A stretch of 64,000 nucleotides of DNA from Balamuthia mandrillaris (GCA_031835245.2 JAVKOQ020000073.1:1-64000); one strand, 5' to 3'. Shown: positions 35,581-49,181, counted from the first letter of the stretch. Notes: generated by a model not told the origin, from the sequence alone. Program-made: numbers and translations.

Positions 35581-38500
35581 TTAACAGGTTTGTGTTATGA
35601 GGCAGTTCCAATGCATGCTCAATAGTTGCCATAGAATAACTGAGTCAATAAGTGGTGTATTATGAGAATCTTGACCATTTTCTTCTTGCTCTTCACTGTC
35701 ACTGCTGTCACTGTGTGAAGGACCAGCAATAAAAGGAAAAGAAAAGCAACTAAAAGCTGTGGTAGAAGCTGAAATTATAGCTTGGGGTCTTGATGAAGGA
35801 ATGGGAGCAGAGGAACAAGGGAAGAGAAAAGGTAGGATTTGATATCTGTGAAAAGGTCCAAGCTCTGCAAATGTGAACATGCCTTCCATTTGATTTTTGC
35901 TACTGCTGTCCTTTAGCATAGAAATAAGCACTTTAATGAATTCAGTGGGAAGCTAGTAGATACCATTAGTACAGTGTTTGCTCTGAAAGTTAATATACTG
36001 ACCTGTTGCTTTGAGGCAATATCCTGCAAAAAGTCCTTTTTCAGTACTTGAAAGGCAAAGCCCTTCAGACTAGCATCTTTTGACTTGGTGAATAAAAGCT
36101 TCACTTCTTGTTTCCGTAAGTGCAGTTCATGTTGATAACTCTCAGAAGTAGCAAGTTGAGGCATTGGCTGCTGCAAATCAAAGTGGTCACCATACTTGAC
36201 GAGCAGAGAGAGCAGTCTTCGCTTTATGTCAAATGAGTTAAGGTGATTGATGGCTGATGGCACAAGATTGAGGGCACATGTGAGACCTTGCTTACTACGA
36301 AGTCGCCCAAAGAGGTTAATTGCCTTGATAAGAATTTTGGTGTCTCTACTTTTAAGCAACGAGACCAAAGGATTCAAATGAGCTGTAATAGTCACACAAC
36401 AAGCTTCAGCAAGCAACATAAAGGCCTGAATTTGGTTATCTGGGTCTTCAGCAAACGAATTAAGCAACTTGGTGAGCTTGAATGTGTAGTGAAAGCGAGT
36501 GATGAGCTTAGGGTTGATGCGGAGGATTTTGAGGGCAGCCTTTTTGACCATTGGGATGGTGCTGTTGAGGCTGTTGTTGATAATGGGAGGAAGGATAAAG
36601 TTGTAATACTTGTTCACAAGCAATCGTCTCTGCTTCACCCCTTGCAATTTCTCGTTAACCTGTCTTTGCATGAGGGACAAGTGGACTGCGTTTACTGGCT
36701 GCATAGCAGCTATTTTCCACCCCTCATGTGTAGCCTCCATTGCCCGCAAAAGGTATTGAATATGGTGGAGGCGCTGCTCGTTAATGTCCAGGTCAACCTC
36801 TTTCTTGTGCAGGTGTTGCAGCAGTAAGCCTGTGGCCAGAAGACACGCTTTGCAGAGTGAACCTTCCTCATTTCGCTCATTGGACAGAATGTCCATGATA
36901 TCGTGAACAAAGAGGATCAATGTTTGAGGGCCTAACTTCATAAGAACACCTAGAGCCTCTTCTCTGACAAAAGCGTCGTCATCCGAATCAGATTCCTCAA
37001 AATCGGATAAGTATAGCTCTTCCTCAAAGGACTGGTCGCCAGAAAGAGAAGGAGTCCCAGAACTGTGGTGAGGCCTCTTGGCAACGTCCTCGGTACCTAT
37101 TGAAGAGAGGGAGAGGAGGCAAAGAGGAGAGTGTGAGAGAGCGCGAGAGCGAGACTAAACGTAGATGAAGAAATGTGAAAATTCAAGTACCTCTCAGCAA
37201 TGCCCCTAGTTGCGCTATATGTTCTTCGTCAAAGGGGAGGTATGACGCTAATACTTTCAACTGATGAGCCGCAGTTTCTCGGAGACAAGAATTCTCGCTT
37301 TTAAGGAACTCTATGAAACATGGTATATAAGAGAGGGAACGCCGCCCAAAGGATGCAAGCGCTTCTAGCACAACAATCCTTAAGTGGCTTTTGGCGTTAA
37401 GAAGGCTGGCCACAGTAGCCAGCCCTTCATCTGATATATTCTCCCTAAGAAAGCATAATGCACGGATAGTTGATTCTTGAACCGCATCGTTTCCCTCTCC
37501 GTCCATGTTGCTTTCTTCCCGTAGGATTTGCAGAAGAAAGTGCTCGATTCGTTTTTGCCAGCCTGCAAATAGTGGTTGTTTGGTGGATCGTTGTGGTAAG
37601 GTTGGCACGACTGCTGTTGTCTGACAAAACATGCCAAGAGCAGTTACGGCTGTGGCTCGAATGGTAAAGAGAGGAGACTTGAGCAAAGAGCAAAGGGCAA
37701 TGATATGCTCGTCTTCCAGTCTGATGTTCATGCCTATGGTATTGCCGTAGTTATTTAGTTTGTGGTGGTGGTAGTGCCGAGCAGTGTTGTTGAGAAGTAG
37801 GTTAAGGAGGCTTGTTGCTTCCATCCGAAATGTTGGATCCGTTTCGCTTAACATAATGAGCGTTCTATTTAACATCTGCTCTACTGCATCCTTCCAATCG
37901 ATTGAAGGGTGATGAGGAGTAAATTTGCTTGGTTGAAGAGGTCCTGTGGCTGTAGCATTTTTGCGGTAATGTGATATGATTAACGGCGCCTCTTCTCTCT
38001 CTTTGTCATTGAGTACAAACAGTAGCCTTAAGCAAGAAAGTATAACCCAAGCAGACCTGTGGGAAAGCAGTTTTGCGCATCGTCTTGCCAGCTCTGCGCG
38101 AGCAGTAAGCAGGGCATTGATGATGTTCTTCTTGCTGTCACCACAACTAGTTTCTGCTGCCGCTTCTGTTTCTTCTTGTTCATCTCCTTCTACCTCTTCC
38201 TCTGTCAGCTGTTGTGACAAAGGACGAACATGGGTGATGTGTTGCGTCAACTGATTCGTTGCTACTACGTTTAACTTCTCGATAATCGCTTCTCTGAGGA
38301 TAAGGTTTCCACTATCACGGTCATGCTTTTCCAGTAGGTCCAAAAGCAAGAAGAGATAGTTCAGGTGTGTATTGCAGGTGTGAGGGAAGAGATGCTCTTC
38401 CATCGACAGGGAGAAGCGAGAGGGCAAGGACTTGAGTATGAGAAGTTGCAGATCTATGCTCAACTGTAGGGAGTTGTGGGATTGAAGTGCGGTATCTAAG

Positions 38501-41500
38501 GTGCGAGGTTTTGTGTTTGACTTGTTTGCTTCCGTTTGCATCGACGATGTTGTTGAAAGAGGCAGCTGCAGCAACCAAGATGAGAGCAAGGAAAACTTAT
38601 GCTCAGAACTATGGCTGAGCAAATGGTCTGGTATGAGGCGCAGAAGTGGAAGGATTTCCTTGATAACAAAGTCGTTTAGCCCTTCAACAAAGTCACCTTT
38701 TGAACCTCCTTCTCTTCTACCAGCTACGTCAAATGGTGCCATCATCAGCTTCTGCAGTACAAGCAAGCCATTATTTTTTGTTTCTGGGCAATTTTTGCTT
38801 GTTTTTTCTCGTTCATCTCCTTCTCCACTGTAATGGTCTTGGCGTAGACCCTCCTGCTCCTCGCTCATCTTCAGCAACAAGACAGCAGAGATGCGGGACA
38901 TGAACGTTGGTTTACACTGTAGCAGTTCCATCATCGAGGCGGCGTCAGGACATGCAGCCGCTTCCTCGCCAAAGGCATGAAAGGCCACCGACACAAAGGC
39001 TCGTACAAATGGGCGTTCCTCGTTGGTCTTGCCGAAGATAGGCGGTGATGAGGTGGTACGACGATCGACATCTTTAAGCCGCTTGAGCAAAGCTGGAGGG
39101 TAAGATGGTTGATAGGCCTGGCTAAGCATAGCCAAGACCTGACAGGAGGCCACACGTTCTGGGTCTGTTCTTTGGCGGGTTGGCAACAGGGTGTCACCAA
39201 GAGTTCCCAGCACTGTGAAGACCAGCAGGCGTAGACCGGCATCTTCACTGCCTACCCATCGTAACAGCCACTCGTAGAGATCGAACATCTTCATCATTTT
39301 TAGCGCGGAGTTCATCAACTGCTTCCATTCAAAGCTCTCAAAAACGTAGCTTAATGGCATGACTGTGCAGTGAGTGACAGCAGAAGTACCAGTGGGAGGC
39401 GGGGAGAGCCGCAACAATTGTTTGAGAAAAAATTCTCGTTGCTTGGTTCCTAGTTGGAGCAATGAGAGTTTGCCAAGCTCCTTCATTATCAGCGTGGCTT
39501 CTCTTTGCACGCCACAATCCGAGTCCTTCAGCAAGTCGATGATGAGGTGGATGATGTTGAAGTTGTTGATGTTTTCCAGGTCAGGAGAGCTTTTTCGTAG
39601 GTTTATTTGCCACAGCAAGTGAATAAGGCTCCTCCGTATTCTGATGGAGTGTTTTTCCGACTCCGCTGCTTGTGGTTTGCGCTTGGGGTCGGAACCTTGT
39701 GTTGGCGGCAGCGGCTTGGCGTTTCGCACACTTCCAAGGTTGCTACTGTGTTGTCTGGCCTTATCTCGTTTCTTTTCTTCCTCAAAGAGAGCGATAAGCT
39801 GGGATATTTTTGCCTCGTCTAGGAAATTTTCGGGCAGGAATTTGAGTAGAATGGGAACTACAAAGAGATCCAGGTTGTTCTGGTGGGAATATTTCAGCAC
39901 AGAGATGCATTTGGTGATGACCTTGTTTACCATCTTGCTGCCAAGGCAGTAGTTCAACTGTAGATAGACAGGATAGGATTGAAGATGCATAAGACTTGTC
40001 TCTGATTGCAATACTAATTCCCAAAATGTACTGCCAAGCTGCGTCACATCTTTGAGGGGGAGCGTAGCGGCCGTAGCCCCTTCTTCCTCCTTCTCTACAT
40101 GTCCTGTTTGACTTCTATCGCCACTAACATCGTCATCGTGGAGATCAAGTGCTGCAACGCCCATGCTAGCTTGAAGGAGGCAGCCCTCACATGCCTTGGC
40201 TCTCAGCAGCAGCGAGAACCTTACTTGACCAAGATCGTGCGGATCCGTTCCACAGGCTCGAAGCAAGTCCAACCACGTCTGGTAAAAGCCACAGCTGACA
40301 TGACTCGTGGATTTGGGCGAGGAGGGAGAGGGGCCGGATTGTGTTGTGGGACTAGAAGTGAGGGTTGGTGGTGAAGCTGCATCTTCTTCATGATCTACCG
40401 TTCCATCTGTTGCTAGCTGCTGGTGCTGTACCTGCGCACTGCTCACGCATTCATGGTATAGCCGTATAGGATGTTGAAGTATTCGCTCTGCCATCCACGG
40501 CATTCCTTTGCTGTAAGACAAGAACAACCATACCGCATCCCACCACCAATGGCTTATATATCTTTGTTGCGAATCCTTCGACAACCCCCACCACCATCTC
40601 TCGTCGTCAACGTGTCTGTCTGATGGTAGTTTTAGCTCATTAGCAAGTTGGTAGCACTCATTGCTGCTGCTAGAAAGGAGGATAAATATCCGAGAAGCTA
40701 AGCGTTCGTCCCGCAGAAACTCGGCCACTAAGAACTGGTGAAACAGAGTCTCCTTGAAGGATAATACTTCCAGCGATGGTCTCTGCTCTGGCAGGTGTGC
40801 ATCTTGTCCGTGGTGGTCGCTCAGTGGAACTTCCTCTCCTTCCTCAGCTCGTGGTGTACATGCAGAACGTCCTACACGCATTCCACTGCATAAGCTTTGC
40901 GGGAGTACGTCTAATAACTCATCTAATAGTTGAGAACCGTTGTGTACCGACAAAGAGCTATGAGGCAAGGCTTCTATTAGAATCTGCAACGAGTCGATGA
41001 GAAAACGTCGTTGTAGTGATGTCCGATGCACCCCCTTCGTTCGGCGTTCATCCTCCCAAAGAAAAATGAGAAACGCGAATATGCAGAGCCATTGCTTCCA
41101 GTCGCGGAAAACTTGTGCTTTCGTCTCTAAACCGCAACTTGATGGAGTTCTATCTTCAATCGCCTGCCGTTCAGTTTGCACCCGAAGATTGTGGAAGAGG
41201 TGGTCGTGCACGATGTCATCCAGCAAGTGCTGATAAAACTCGAACAGAGTCTGGGCAATATCGCCCATTCCTTCTCCTCCTGAGTGGATGGGGGCTTGTT
41301 TCTCTTCACTTGACCGCGAGACGCCTCGCATAGCGCATTCTCTTGCTAGTAGATAGAGTTGTAAGGGTGTGAAGGATGTGGTGGTTGGGGCAAAGGGTGA
41401 AGGTAGCTGTGGTGGCGTGCAAGCCACGCGCGCTGAAGGAGAGGGGGGAGGTGGATCAGGAAGCAGCCTTAGTTTCTTGTTGTAAACCAGCTTCCAAAGA

Positions 41501-43497
41501 GATGAAGAATAGACTCCCCAATGGGATAGTAGCTGACGAATAAACATGTTTTCGTCATAGTCGCTCTCAAAGTTTTGCAACTTGACAACTCGCCATTGGA
41601 TTAATTGTCCAAGGCCACTGTTTGCCCATTGGGAAAGGCTTTTGTTGGTCATCGCCCCAAATGCAGCCGCCATCTTCTCTTCTTTGCGAAGGCGCATATC
41701 TTTCAATTCGGAAATAAACTTAAGCGAGGCAGAGAGATCTCCTTGGTTTTGGTGAAGTTGTGGCTGCGGTTGTGGCGGGTGCCCTTGTTGTGGCAGCTGT
41801 GACGGCAGTTGTAGCTGAGGTGGTTCCTGTTCTCGCTCATTTTCCGTCTGCTTTTGTTTTTCCAAACTCGTATTACTGGTGTTCTCCAAATCTGTGCTGG
41901 AAGATGAGGGTGGCTCTTCAAAACAAAGAAGGCGTTTAAGGGTATCATAGCGACAAGCTGCTAATACGGTGTGTAGCCTGCCTTCGTCACGCAGGCTGTA
42001 CTTTAACTTTTTCCCAAAACTTCGCAATCTCAGTAATAACTTGGTATCCGGGCTTACGGCGGCAACCCGTACGTTGCGCTCGAACTCTCGCAGCAGTTTA
42101 GCGGATTGGGTCTTCTGCACTTGCACCTCCTCTAGCACCCCGTGTTTTTCTGTTCTCGAATCCATACTCCACACAAATCTGTGTCCTTCATTTTCTTGCT
42201 TGGCCTCTTTTTCGTGTCCTCCTCCTGCTTCTTCATCATCATCTTCTTCTTCTGCTTCTTCTTCTTCTTCTTCTTCTTCTTCTTCTTCTGCTTCTTCTTC
42301 TTCTTCTTCTTCTGCTTCTTCTCTTATCTGTTCTTGGCATCGTTTACTTTGCAGCGACTGATGTGTCTTTGGCTGCTGTTCATGGCAGTGAGGCTGCTGC
42401 AGTTGTACAGAACAAGAAGATGGGGGTACTGGATCTCTTCCTGTTTTCAACAGCCCACAGAGTAGGGGGTGAAGAAAATTCAAGGGTACCTCCTCCAAAC
42501 CGTCGAGCAATAGAATAAAGGGCAGGCTTGTATCCGCTAGTAAGCTTCGCAGTGCTTTCTTAAAGAAGTCTTCGTTGTCCGTCATTTTCTCGAATTCTCC
42601 TCCTCGATTCATTTTTGCGGGCTTGAGAGAGCTCCAGGTCTGTGCTGCAGCCTCGATTAAGGCCTCCATCTCCAGCGTAAGTTCTCCTAGCTCGTGCTGA
42701 TTGGGCTTCTGCGTGTCCTCTTTTGCTTCCTCCTCTTTATTCGTCACCTCCTTTTTCGTTTGGTTGTATTGCCGCCAAAGTTGCTGTGAGGCAAGTGAAG
42801 CTTTCCTGGTTAAGGCCCGGTCTAACGAAGAGATAAGGAAGTGACAATCTACGTAAAGGCAGAAACGAAGGGAAGCGGCCGGTAAGCCTCTCAACAAATT
42901 GCAGGGCATGCGTAACCCTTCTTCTTGGCTTGAAGGCGCAGGCCCTGCCGCAGGTTTGTCAAAAGTAGTGGCAACAGTAGGTGTAGGGAAGAAAGTGTTG
43001 AGGGTCTTCCATAAATAGTGAAACAGCGTGGTCTTGCCTTGTCCTTCGTTAGCTACTACAAGCGAATAACAAGCCTCTTCTTCCTTGGAGTTAACTCCAG
43101 GCGCGAAGGTGCCTGGTGTAACACCAGCTCCACAGTGCATCACCAGTTGCCCGAGGGAGAGTTCTAGCTCTTCTTCGTCAGGAGACCACCCACCGTCCAG
43201 CTTCCCCGAGCTCCTGTCCTTCAAGTAGGTCAGCTGACCTCGGCTCATTGCTCTGAGTCGGAAGTACTCTCTGCTTTGTTCCAGCGGCAGGCTAGCGGGA
43301 AGCCTCCCTCCCACGCACCGAAGAGAGCAGGCGGAGCCGCATTGGCATGAACAAGATGAGGACGCCCTCGCCTCGCCAGAAGGGTTTGTGGGGGAGTCCC
43401 TCGGCAGCTGCTGAAGTAATCGGTGAATAGCTCGCTGATAGGATTGGAGGAGTGGCTGAAGAGACAAATGGCCATCGCTTTGGTGCATAAAGCTCAT
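35581..43497 (-). CDS. Very large NACHT-like STAND NTPase with C-terminal HEAT/ARM repeats (~2,500 aa)
   Basis: Walker A LVVANEGQGKTTLF, Walker B ILLLDGLEEVP, sensor TVLAACR, FTPLQLYLLA, winged-helix-like SFKETLFHQFLVAEFL and WWDAVWLFL. HEAT units include LLKDSDCGVQREAT and LLKSPLFTIRATAVTALG. In-phase introns lie at 37097-37190 and ~35953-36002. The first exon is ~6.3 kb. Confidence 0.72.
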
Positions 43498-43940
43498 GGT
43501 GTACGCAGCCCCGTGCCCCCAGCGCCACCTCCACCTCCACTGCCACCAACGATGAGAGAGAGAGAGAGAGAGAGAGAAAGGCAAGCTGGCTCTCCTCCTT
43601 TCTCCGTTGTTTTGGTGGTGAGCGGATCTAGCGTTTTTTGCTAAGGGGGAGGGATACCGGGAGGCAACACACGTCATATTTTAACGTGGATGAGGTCACT
43701 CGATAACAGGCACAGGCAGGGAAGGAGCTCCTCCTCTGCTCTCTCTCTGCCCAAGGGGTGGCCACCTCTGTTTTCGGCAGCAGCCGCCTCAGCGCTGGTG
43801 GCGGCGGCGCAGAGGACGAGACGGTCTCTTCCCCCACCAACCACTAGCAGAAACCAATCGGAGGAGTAGCATTGCCTCTCCCCTCCCCTTGTCACCCTTT
43901 CCTCTGCTCTCCTCTCGGGTGTCTTGCCTTTCTATCAGCC

Positions 43941-44447
43941 ATGGCGGCGGCCAGTGACTCAGACATATTCGAATGCTTTTACATCAAACTGCTTTTGGAA
44001 GAAGATTCCGAGTTGGAAAAGAAGAACCACCGTACCACCTCGACTTCATTTTTATTGAGCCAAGAGCCAGCAGGTGTCTCTCTTCTCAAACAGCTGTTCA
44101 TCTACGCCTATGTCGTGCTGACCACCTTGGTGCTGCCTGTTGCCAGCCTCTTGGGTGGCATCTACCTTCTTATGCAAGCTGACCACAACCCTGCAACAGG
44201 GCTGTGCCTCCTCTTCTTGGGCCTGTTGTGGGTGGCCATCTGGGCCATCTACTTGCCCTACAAGTACAACCGCAGAAAACGCATTTACATGGCCCTACAA
44301 CAACGTTGGGAAGAGGAGCCTCAAGGCATGTCCTCTCTCCGCGATGAACAATACGATACAGAAGAAGAGAGGGAGGAAGACGTAGAGCGAGGCGGCGACA
44401 AGCAGAAGGCAGAGAACAAGGCCAGACAAAAGAAGCGAATCGATTAA
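43941..44447 (+). CDS. Small two-transmembrane hypothetical protein
   Basis: Single ORF with two hydrophobic segments (LFIYAYVVLTTLVLPVASLLGGIYLLM; GLCLLFLGLLWVAIWAIYLPY) and a charged tail. Confidence 0.6.
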   Translation: MAAASDSDIFECFYIKLLLEEDSELEKKNHRTTSTSFLLSQEPAGVSLLKQLFIYAYVVLTTLVLPVASLLGGIYLLMQADHNPATGLCLLFLGLLWVAIWAIYLPYKYNRRKRIYMALQQRWEEEPQGMSSLRDEQYDTEEEREEDVERGGDKQKAENKARQKKRID

Positions 44448-44619
44448 ACCTAGACGACTCGTTCTAAAAAGCCCTGGGCTTTCACCCCCATTCTACCTTC
44501 CCTTCCTCCTCCCGCGTCTAGACTCTCTTGCTCGCCTTGTGCCTATCCTTATGTTTTTTCCCCCTCTTTGTTTATTTATTTTTTGCTCTACAAACAACAA
44601 CCCATCGCTGCTTGCCAGC

Positions 44620-44666
<47 letters not shown>

Positions 44667-44669
44667 CGG

Positions 44670-46038
44670 TTACGTCTTTGAAACAGTGGGCTTTAGGTGA
44701 TGGGCGCTTTGTGCAAAGCGGTCAAATAGGGTTCGGTACTCTGAATGAACCCATACCCCAAAGTGGGGCCTCACGTCTATTGCTGATAAGTTCTTTTGGG
44801 CATCCAACCAGCATTAAAATACCAATGATTCCCCAAGCATAATTACAAAGACAGGGAGTTAGCAAACAGAGCAGCACCAAGGCGAGGAGAAGAAAGGGAG
44901 AAGTACGGGGTAGATATGGGAGGGACCAGCAGCACCAAGGGCGGGACCCTGTTCCAACAAACGAAATGCAGTCCGAAGGATGGCGTCATCAGCGTTGTAG
45001 TAGAGAAAGGTGTGCTCAGTGGCTATGGAAGAGAGGAGAATGTCCTTCACTTTTTCTTCATAGAGAGCGGGTGCACAGAGATGGATTTCGTTTGGGCGAT
45101 GGTGCACTTTCAAGAATTTAACAGCCTCCACCAACAACTTACAGCCTAATGAATGGGCAACCACTCTCACGCGCTGATATTTTTGCTTCAAGTGTTGCAG
45201 CTTGGCAGCCAAAACGTGGGCGTGCTCCTCGCAGTTTTTCATGGCCTCCCTATATTGGAAGTAAAGTTGACCTGCGAGGGTGGCTAGTGGTCAGAACAAT
45301 CTGGTTGGTTTGCACAAAAGAGCAAGGCTGAGGCTTGTCATGGGGCAGGAGAGGAGAGGAGAGGAGAGGAGAGGAGAGGAGAGGAGAGGAGAGGAGAGGA
45401 GAGGAGGAGAGGAGAGGAGAGGAGAGGAGAGGAGAGAGGAGAGGAGAGGAGAGGGGAGGGAGAGAGAGGAGAGGGAGAGGGAGAGAAGAGGAGAGGAGAG
45501 GGAGAGAGAGGGGGAGGAGAGAGAGAGAGGAGAGGAGAGAGAGAGGGAGAGGAGAGGGAGAGGGAGAGAGAGGAGAGGAGAGGAGAGGGAGAGGAGAGGG
45601 AGAGGAGAGGAGAGGGAGAGGAGGAGGAGAGGAGAGGAGAGGAGAGGAGAGGAGAGGGAGAGGAGAGGAGAGGAGAGGAGAGGAGAGGAGAGGAGAGGAG
45701 AGGAGAGGAGAGGAGAGGAGAGGAGAGGAGAGGAGAGGAGGAGAAGGAGTGGTGAAGAACGGGAGGACAATGTGAACCTGCCATAATTGCCAGCTCTTGA
45801 ACAGAAACAAGGGCCACAGTATGCAGGGACGGGATGAAGCGCAGCTGCCGTATGTTGTTGAGAACGTACCAGGCAGCGTTGATGATGGTTGCCGTTGGGA
45901 TGGGAAGATCATAGGCCGAGAGTAGGCTACCAGACTGCCATTGATAGCCATAAGCTCGATTGCCCCAGCCATATTTCAGGTGAAGTTTTTTGTGGCACTC
46001 TAACCACTTTACTCCAAGAAACTTGAGCTTCACAAGGG

Positions 46039-46088
<50 letters not shown>

Positions 46089-46461
46089 GCTGAATCATCG
46101 AAAGCTACCTTATCAAAGTGGTCAGGTCTTTCTGAAGAACTAAGAAATCCTTTTATGTAGACGGTAACTTCTTTTTTCTCCCATGCATGGGAATGCGCCA
46201 AGTGGACCAACCGGTCCTCTGTTGAGTGATTGAGTGAGTGTGCGCTGGCAACGAGGAGGAGGGAGGAGGCCACGCACGCGAAGGTGGTAAAGTGTAATCG
46301 GAAGAGTTATCGGAGGAGTAGGGGGAGAGAAAGACAGGTCGTGGCAGTCTTGCAAGGAGAGCAAATAAAGAAGTAGGCGGTAGGCTGCTCCTCCTGGCTG
46401 TTGATAGCAAGGTCCCTTGTGGTAGTAGTAGGTTGCGAGTGGGTGGCCGTGGTCGCAACAT
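44670..46461 (-). CDS. DUF726/TMCO4-like alpha/beta hydrolase, multi-exon
   Basis: Motifs VYIKGFLS, YQWQSG, nucleophile elbow VVAHSLGCKL, HLCAPA, YYNADDAIL and VHSEY. TAA at 44670-44672. The 5' end is uncertain. Confidence 0.65.
45347..45745. repeat. Intronic (GAGAG)n purine-rich microsatellite
   Basis: About 400 bp of near-pure G/A pentamer repeats. Confidence 0.95.
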
Positions 46462-46763
46462 GCCCGTACTCTCTGGCAGACCGGCTTCTCACGGACAGCG
46501 CGTTGGTTAAGTGGGGGTGGGTGGTGGTGGTGTTGGGTATTAGTTCAGGGAAGCTTCTTTTGTCTTCTCCTCCTAGCGGCAGGGAGGGTGCCCCATGCTA
46601 CTCACTACCACAACTGTGCTTGCTGCGAAGGGGGTGGAGGAGGGTGGGTGGGTGGAACCTCACTCACTCTTTTATTTTTATTTTTTGTTTTTATTATTAT
46701 TTATTTGTTTGTGGGGAAGCAAGCAGCAAGCAGCAAGCAGCAAGCAGCCACAAGGGAATAATA

Positions 46764-48648
46764 ATGGCCGCTAATGGACGCTTGTTCTTGACCTCGAAAG
46801 AGGGGGCAAAAATGGTGCGCAACCCCGCCTTCACCAAACGCTTTGCGGTGGCCTGCAGCGGCGGCCTCCACACCCGCCAGTTCCAAGGAAAGGCCCAGCG
46901 TCTGGCCAACGTGCTGTTGTTGCACCACAAGGCCGTTCTTGGCAAGGAAAAGCGCTGCCGGGAGAACATCTTTCAAGTCATTCAAGTGGTGGTCGCCAAG
47001 CTCTTGAGGGAGAGAAGCAATTGTACCACAGGAGAAAACCTTGAAGGAGGAGGCTTACACGCCGCCATGACACTCTTTCAAGCAGTTTATGATCTCCGCA
47101 GCTATTTTACGTTAGTTTCTCCTTTTTGTGCTCATGCTCGTTGTTGTTATTGTCTTTTGTGCTTGTGCTTGTTCTTCTGTTCTTCTTGTTCTTCTTCTTG
47201 TTCTTGTTCTTCTTGTTCTTCTTGTTCTTCTTGTTCTTCTTGTTGTTCTTCTTGTTCTTCTTCTTGTTCTTCTTCTTGTTCTTGTTCTTCTTCTTCTTCT
47301 TCTTCTTCTTCTTCTTCTTCTTCTTCTTCTTCTTCTTCTTCTTCTTCTTCTTCTTGTTCGTCTTCGTCTTCGTCTTCGTCTTCGTCTTCTTCTGCCGTTT
47401 TAATTGCATTTCGTGGAATCTTTTGGCAGGACAGCACAGCAACAAGCGCTAGCAAAATGGAAGGAAGAGCTTGGCCAAGTCTGTGATATGGGAAGTTCCT
47501 CGTCAGCTGAGCTACCATCTCCGCACCAGACGTTCAAGGTGGAAGCCTTGCGGCCTGCCGCCTTTGCTACAACGTTTGCGAAGGGGACCCACCAATGCCC
47601 CAAATGTAACGCTAAACGTGCACTCTACTGTTGGAACTGTTATGAGCCTTCCGTACCCATTGCTTCTGTAGGAGAGAGCCCCCACCGTGGCGTCAAAAAA
47701 ACGAACAAGAACAAACAAGCAAAACGGGAATCGATCGTTGGTGAAGAGCGCCGACAGCCAGAGGGGCACGCCCTCGTTCTGCCGCTGCGCATTGACATAG
47801 TGATCCATCCTTCGCTGCGGCCTAGCCGCTGCACATCAATCCACGCTGCTGTGCTGTGTCCTAGAGAACAAGTCAGAGTATTTACTGCTTTTCCAAATGG
47901 TATCCCTCGATATGATCCGACCACAACTGTAGTGTTGTTCCCTTCCAAGGATGCTACCTACCTAAAGGACGTTGTGTGGCCAGCCAGTGATCCTGATGAC
48001 GGTAATTACATTAGTACACACTTGTACTTCCTTTGCTATCTTTTCTCTTTTGGTGTGACCGTTCATGAATGATTATTCTCTTCTATTTGCGGGCGACTTT
48101 GACCACCAGAACAAAATCAACCCTGGAGACGGATAGAACGAGCGGTGTTCATAGAGTCAACATGGGAAGGGGCTGATCTGGTACTAAACCACGAACACAT
48201 CCGCCAGCTTCCGAGGGTGAAGCTAGGCCCTGGCAAAGAGACCTTCTTTTGGCGATTCCAACCGCTGGGCAACCATTGCTTGTCTACTATAGAGGCCATT
48301 TACTATCTTTGCTGTGAATTTGAACAATTGAAGCGAGAACTAGTTCCATCACTGGACTCGGCTCAAGAGGAAGCCGGTTCTGCAGCGGCTGCTGGCGAGG
48401 AAGTGGACGACCACAAATACGACGACTTACTCTACTATTTCTGTATAGGACATCAGCGTGTTGCCACTTTTTATGCTCAACGACCGCAACTGCTTCCTCC
48501 AGTCAGTTGGAACCGACAGAACACGGCCCCGGCAGCATTGGGTCCTACACCCGTGAATGCATCCACCCATTGTGGTGCATTCGTGCAAGATTTGCAAAAT
48601 GTGCAAGTCCCCTCACACCCAGAGGGATTGGGCGAAGCGCCCCAGTGA
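46764..48648 (+). CDS. DTWD1: DTW-domain tRNA-uridine aminocarboxypropyltransferase (DTWD1-like) with N-terminal extension
   Basis: Motifs CPKCNAKRALYCWNC, LPLRIDIVIHP, TSIHAAVL, VVLFPSKDA, AVFIESTW, TFFWRFQ, LSTIEAIYY and YDDLLYYF. Confidence 0.8.
47165..47395. repeat. Intronic (TTC/TTG/GTC)n trinucleotide tract
   Basis: Directly visible in the sequence. Confidence 0.95.
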
Positions 48649-49181
48649 GGACAGTGCTGTGCTAACGCTTTTGTTGACAGTAAACAAAAAATCAGCGAAA
48701 AGCAAATGAAACAAAACGAAAAGAGAACAGATATGGGAGCACAGACGCAATAGCTGAGCAAAGGGTAAGACCAAGACGGTGCACAGCAACAGATCATCCG
48801 GAGGAGGAGGAGGGGATTGGGTGGGCGTGGTAGGAGCGTGGCCACCACTAGCCCGCAATTACCTTTTCGGGACAGTTGACCGAAAAGGTGTGGTGGCTGT
48901 GAGAGCGGTTTCCCCGATCCCACCATGCTATATTGGTTTGTGCCAAGTTCTTTGGTTCCCAGCCACGTTGCTTCTTCTTTGGCCACTTATGGTTCCCCTG
49001 ACTGTGACTCCTTCCCGAAATGGGGATGCTGCTCATATTATTTTTTTTATTATTATTCATTCTGTATTAGCCCGTCGTAGGCGCCAAGACGGCCTTTATT
49101 GGGTAGAAAGGCTTTCTGTCACATCCACACACACCGCTACTCGTACGTCTTGTTGGCGCGTCCCACAGAATCCTCACCGAA

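Noticed and set aside
45250..45972. ORFs of SSPLL/GEERR repeats
   Set aside because: These are translations of an intronic (GAGAG)n microsatellite.
47107..47518. Poly-K/E/F/L/S ORFs
   Set aside because: These are translations of an intronic trinucleotide tract.
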